Of a stretch of 64,000 nucleotides of DNA, positions 61,320 to 64,000 are shown in pieces. Location: assembly GCA_030141605.1 (NCBI GenBank), contig JAQGDQ010002387.1, forward strand, positions 186,001-250,000. The letters run 5' to 3'. The notes under the pieces were generated by a model. The model saw nothing but the letters and a program-made list of their open reading frames with translations. It did no database searches and was not told where the DNA came from. Both the position numbers and the translations under genes were made by a program. Each line of letters starts with the position of its first letter. Position 1 is the first letter of the stretch. Origin of the DNA: Tubiluchus corallicola (Eukaryota > Animalia > Priapulida).

Positions 61320-64000
61320 ATATTTATTAGTGTCAAAAATACATACAATGCAAGAAAAAACAAGGCATACATACAATTTCGATTTTGAAATATACAAGAA
61401 AAAACAAGACACACATACAATTTCGATTTTGAAATATAATGATACTATATACAAACAAAACAATTACTAATAAAACAAATATTATTAAATCTGCTTGTTA
61501 GTTGTATTAGTTACTTAAATGAAACGTTCAATGATTAGTATTTAAAATAAATTGTCATTCCTTAGGCCTCATTTTCAATGGTATGATTATTACATAGTAT
61601 ATTGTTCTTCATGTCTTAAAAACGCTTTTTCAACATAATCAATAAATGCCTTAATTACTTCCAAATCATTACTTCTCATCAGGAATAAAAATTTATCAGC
61701 ATCGCTCATAAGGAAAAATTCTGGTATAATTACATTGATGCGATTATATAATTTCTTTCTAAAATCATTGTAATATGGGTTTTTATAACAAAGTGTAATT
61801 GGTCTTCGATTTCATTTCTTAAATAGTATGAGCGTATACCATTTCCAGCTGGGATTTTTCAAGGTTTAACGTACCTCCCTCTTTCAATACACAAAGTATG
61901 AGAGCTGATTCTCAGTTTTGTAAATTTTGTTATAGCATATTTGGAATAACCAGAAAGTAAATAGTTTCCTAGTTGATATTGTTTTTTGAAGGTACGATAC
62001 GTTCGCAGTTTGTTTTGTCCATCAGGTTTGTTATTATTATGGATTTCTTCTTCCCAAAACAAAGTATAATCAGTTTTTATGAAGTAGTCGCTTAGGTGAA
62101 AACGTTGTCTGGTTATTCCACACGTGTTCAAAGCTAAATACACATAATGTATACTTAACAAAAGTAGTCCAACAAAAACAGCTAAGTTTCGGTTTTCGTT
62201 ATAAGCAGTGGCGGATTGTATACTTAATTATTTTAATAAAAATGGGGGAAACGGCCACGTTCTGCCCTAGTCGCACATTTGCTTGATTTGTTATCGACAT
62301 TCAAAAGAAATCTGCATAATTTAATATTGGCATCTTCGCTTGGCGCACTATCAAATTTAGTTTGAATAAGCGGAGAATTGGTTTTAATTTTAGTAATGCT
62401 AGGTCCCCATACACAAGAGCCATACAGCATGATAGGTACTACAGTATGTTCAAATAATTTGATAATAGTAAGTGGATTTGAGATGTACTTTTTCATGCAG
62501 TAAAAAGCTTTTAGGCATTTGTCTTTTAGTTTGGTGCAGCTTTGCCTGAAAGCACCGACCACTAAGTATTCAGAGGATTGGACTATTTTCAGCTTATCAG
62601 ACCCATAGGTAAAGTTCAAGTCTTTTAGACTTCTACTTCTGCCTGCTTTGTTAAAAACAATAATTTCTGTCTTTTTAGTGTTAACTTCTAGAGCCCATTC
62701 GCTACAATAATTATTAAGCTTATTTAAGGCATTGTTGCAATCCTGACTGGGAACAAGAAAGTAAGACATATCATCTGCATAGAGAAGACATTTGGTTTCA
62801 AAATTGCCTAGACTGACGGGATCGCATTCATTAGATGTGAAAACTGTTGGTAAGTCATTGATATACAAGGAAAAGAGAACTGAGCTCAACGTACATCCTT
62901 GCTTAACACCTAAGGAGGATGCTATATCTATATACCGCCAGCGATTTTAACGGAGTAATTAGCTTTAGAGTAAATATTTTGCAGAATCTTAAGAAAATAA
63001 CCACCTATATTATTTTATAGCAATTTATAGTACAATCCAATTCGCCAAACTGCGTCAAAGGCTTTGCGCAAATCAACGAAATAACAACAAAGTTTATGAT
63101 TTGGTTTCAAAAATTTATCAATAAGTGTTTTTAATGTAAACATATGGTCACTGGTACGACAGCCTTTTTTAAATCCTATTTAAAATGCAGAATGTTATTA
63201 TTAGGAATTTTCTAACCTGTTATTAAGAATGCTCGCAAATAATTTGCTTAAGCTGCTTGAAATGGCAATTCCGCTATAATTGTTTGGATCTGTTGCATTT
63301 CCACTTTTGTATATTGGGATGATGTGGCTTTGCTTCCACTGGGTAGGATAGCAGGAACCAGAAAAGACCAAATTTATTAATTTACGAAGATAGGGAACCA
63401 TAACTTCGCTTGAAGCATTTCCTTTATTAACCGTCTGTACCAGCAGTTTTGTTATTAAAACTGTTTAATGACAATCAGGATTTCCGTATCAGTCATTCTA
63501 TAATCTAACTGAGAAAAAGAAGTGTAATTTTCTTCAATATACTCTGACAATTTTTTAGTTTTTCTCCAATGGCTGTCATTACTATTCAATGAACTTCGAA
63601 AATGTTCTACCCAAACTATTGGGTCAATGTCATCGCCCTTGTTTAAGGTTTTTTTCTGGGTTCTGATTATCTTTCAAGTGTTTGATTAGGTTCCAAAAGA
63701 CCTTCGGATTTTTAGTTTCCAGTTCAGTTAGTTGTTTCATAACACGGGCTTGATATTCCCTGTGTGCTTGCTGCTTGATCTTTTTATAATACCTCTGTTC
63801 TTTAAAGTACAGTTCTCGTAAGTTTCTATTATAAGGGGCGCTTTGCAATTTAAAATGCAAGTATTTTAGTCGGTTGTGGGCTGCTTTCCATTGACTGTTA
63901 AACCATTTCTTATCTGGCCAGTGTTTTTGCTGGGCTACGCGTTTATTATTATTTAGAGTATTTCGTTCTTTAATTATCTTAGATGCAGCTATAAAGCAAA
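61320..64000 (-). mobile_element. Decayed non-LTR retrotransposon ORF2 (RTE-X-like LINE), continues beyond the window
   Basis: Minus-strand PTQWKQSHIIPIYKSG...DPNNYSGIAISSSLSKLF, YFVDLRKAFDAV, LFSLYINDL...LLYADD, RAERGRFP and KLRTYRTFK...KLRISSHTLCIERGRY; many frameshifts. Confidence 0.9.

Overview
AT-rich animal (invertebrate, possibly non-vertebrate chordate) genomic DNA with GT-AG introns; nothing prokaryotic. Three intact + strand protein genes were reconstructed by hand. (1) The 3' part of an LRRFIP1/2-family gene has 11 exons (1..11712), including a giant acidic exon of at least 2.5 kb. (2) An unannotated 5-exon single-pass membrane protein (18665..22446, about 282 aa) has a signal peptide, a Cys-containing ectodomain, a TM helix and two PPxY motifs. 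(3) An intronless-CDS Shaker/Kv1 potassium channel (52228 or 52321..53724) has a possible optional Kv1.4-like inactivation ball. Between genes 1 and 2 lie two divergent decayed pseudogenes, one LGR-like 7TM receptor and one EGF-repeat gene. About 29 kb of non-coding DNA precedes the channel; it carries a candidate distal promoter and UTR exons, micro/minisatellites, a tRNA/5S-like SINE head, MITEs, Helentron-type non-autonomous elements and an internally deleted pogo element. A decayed RTE-X-like LINE fills the right end. All calls come from reading the sequence; no searches were run.
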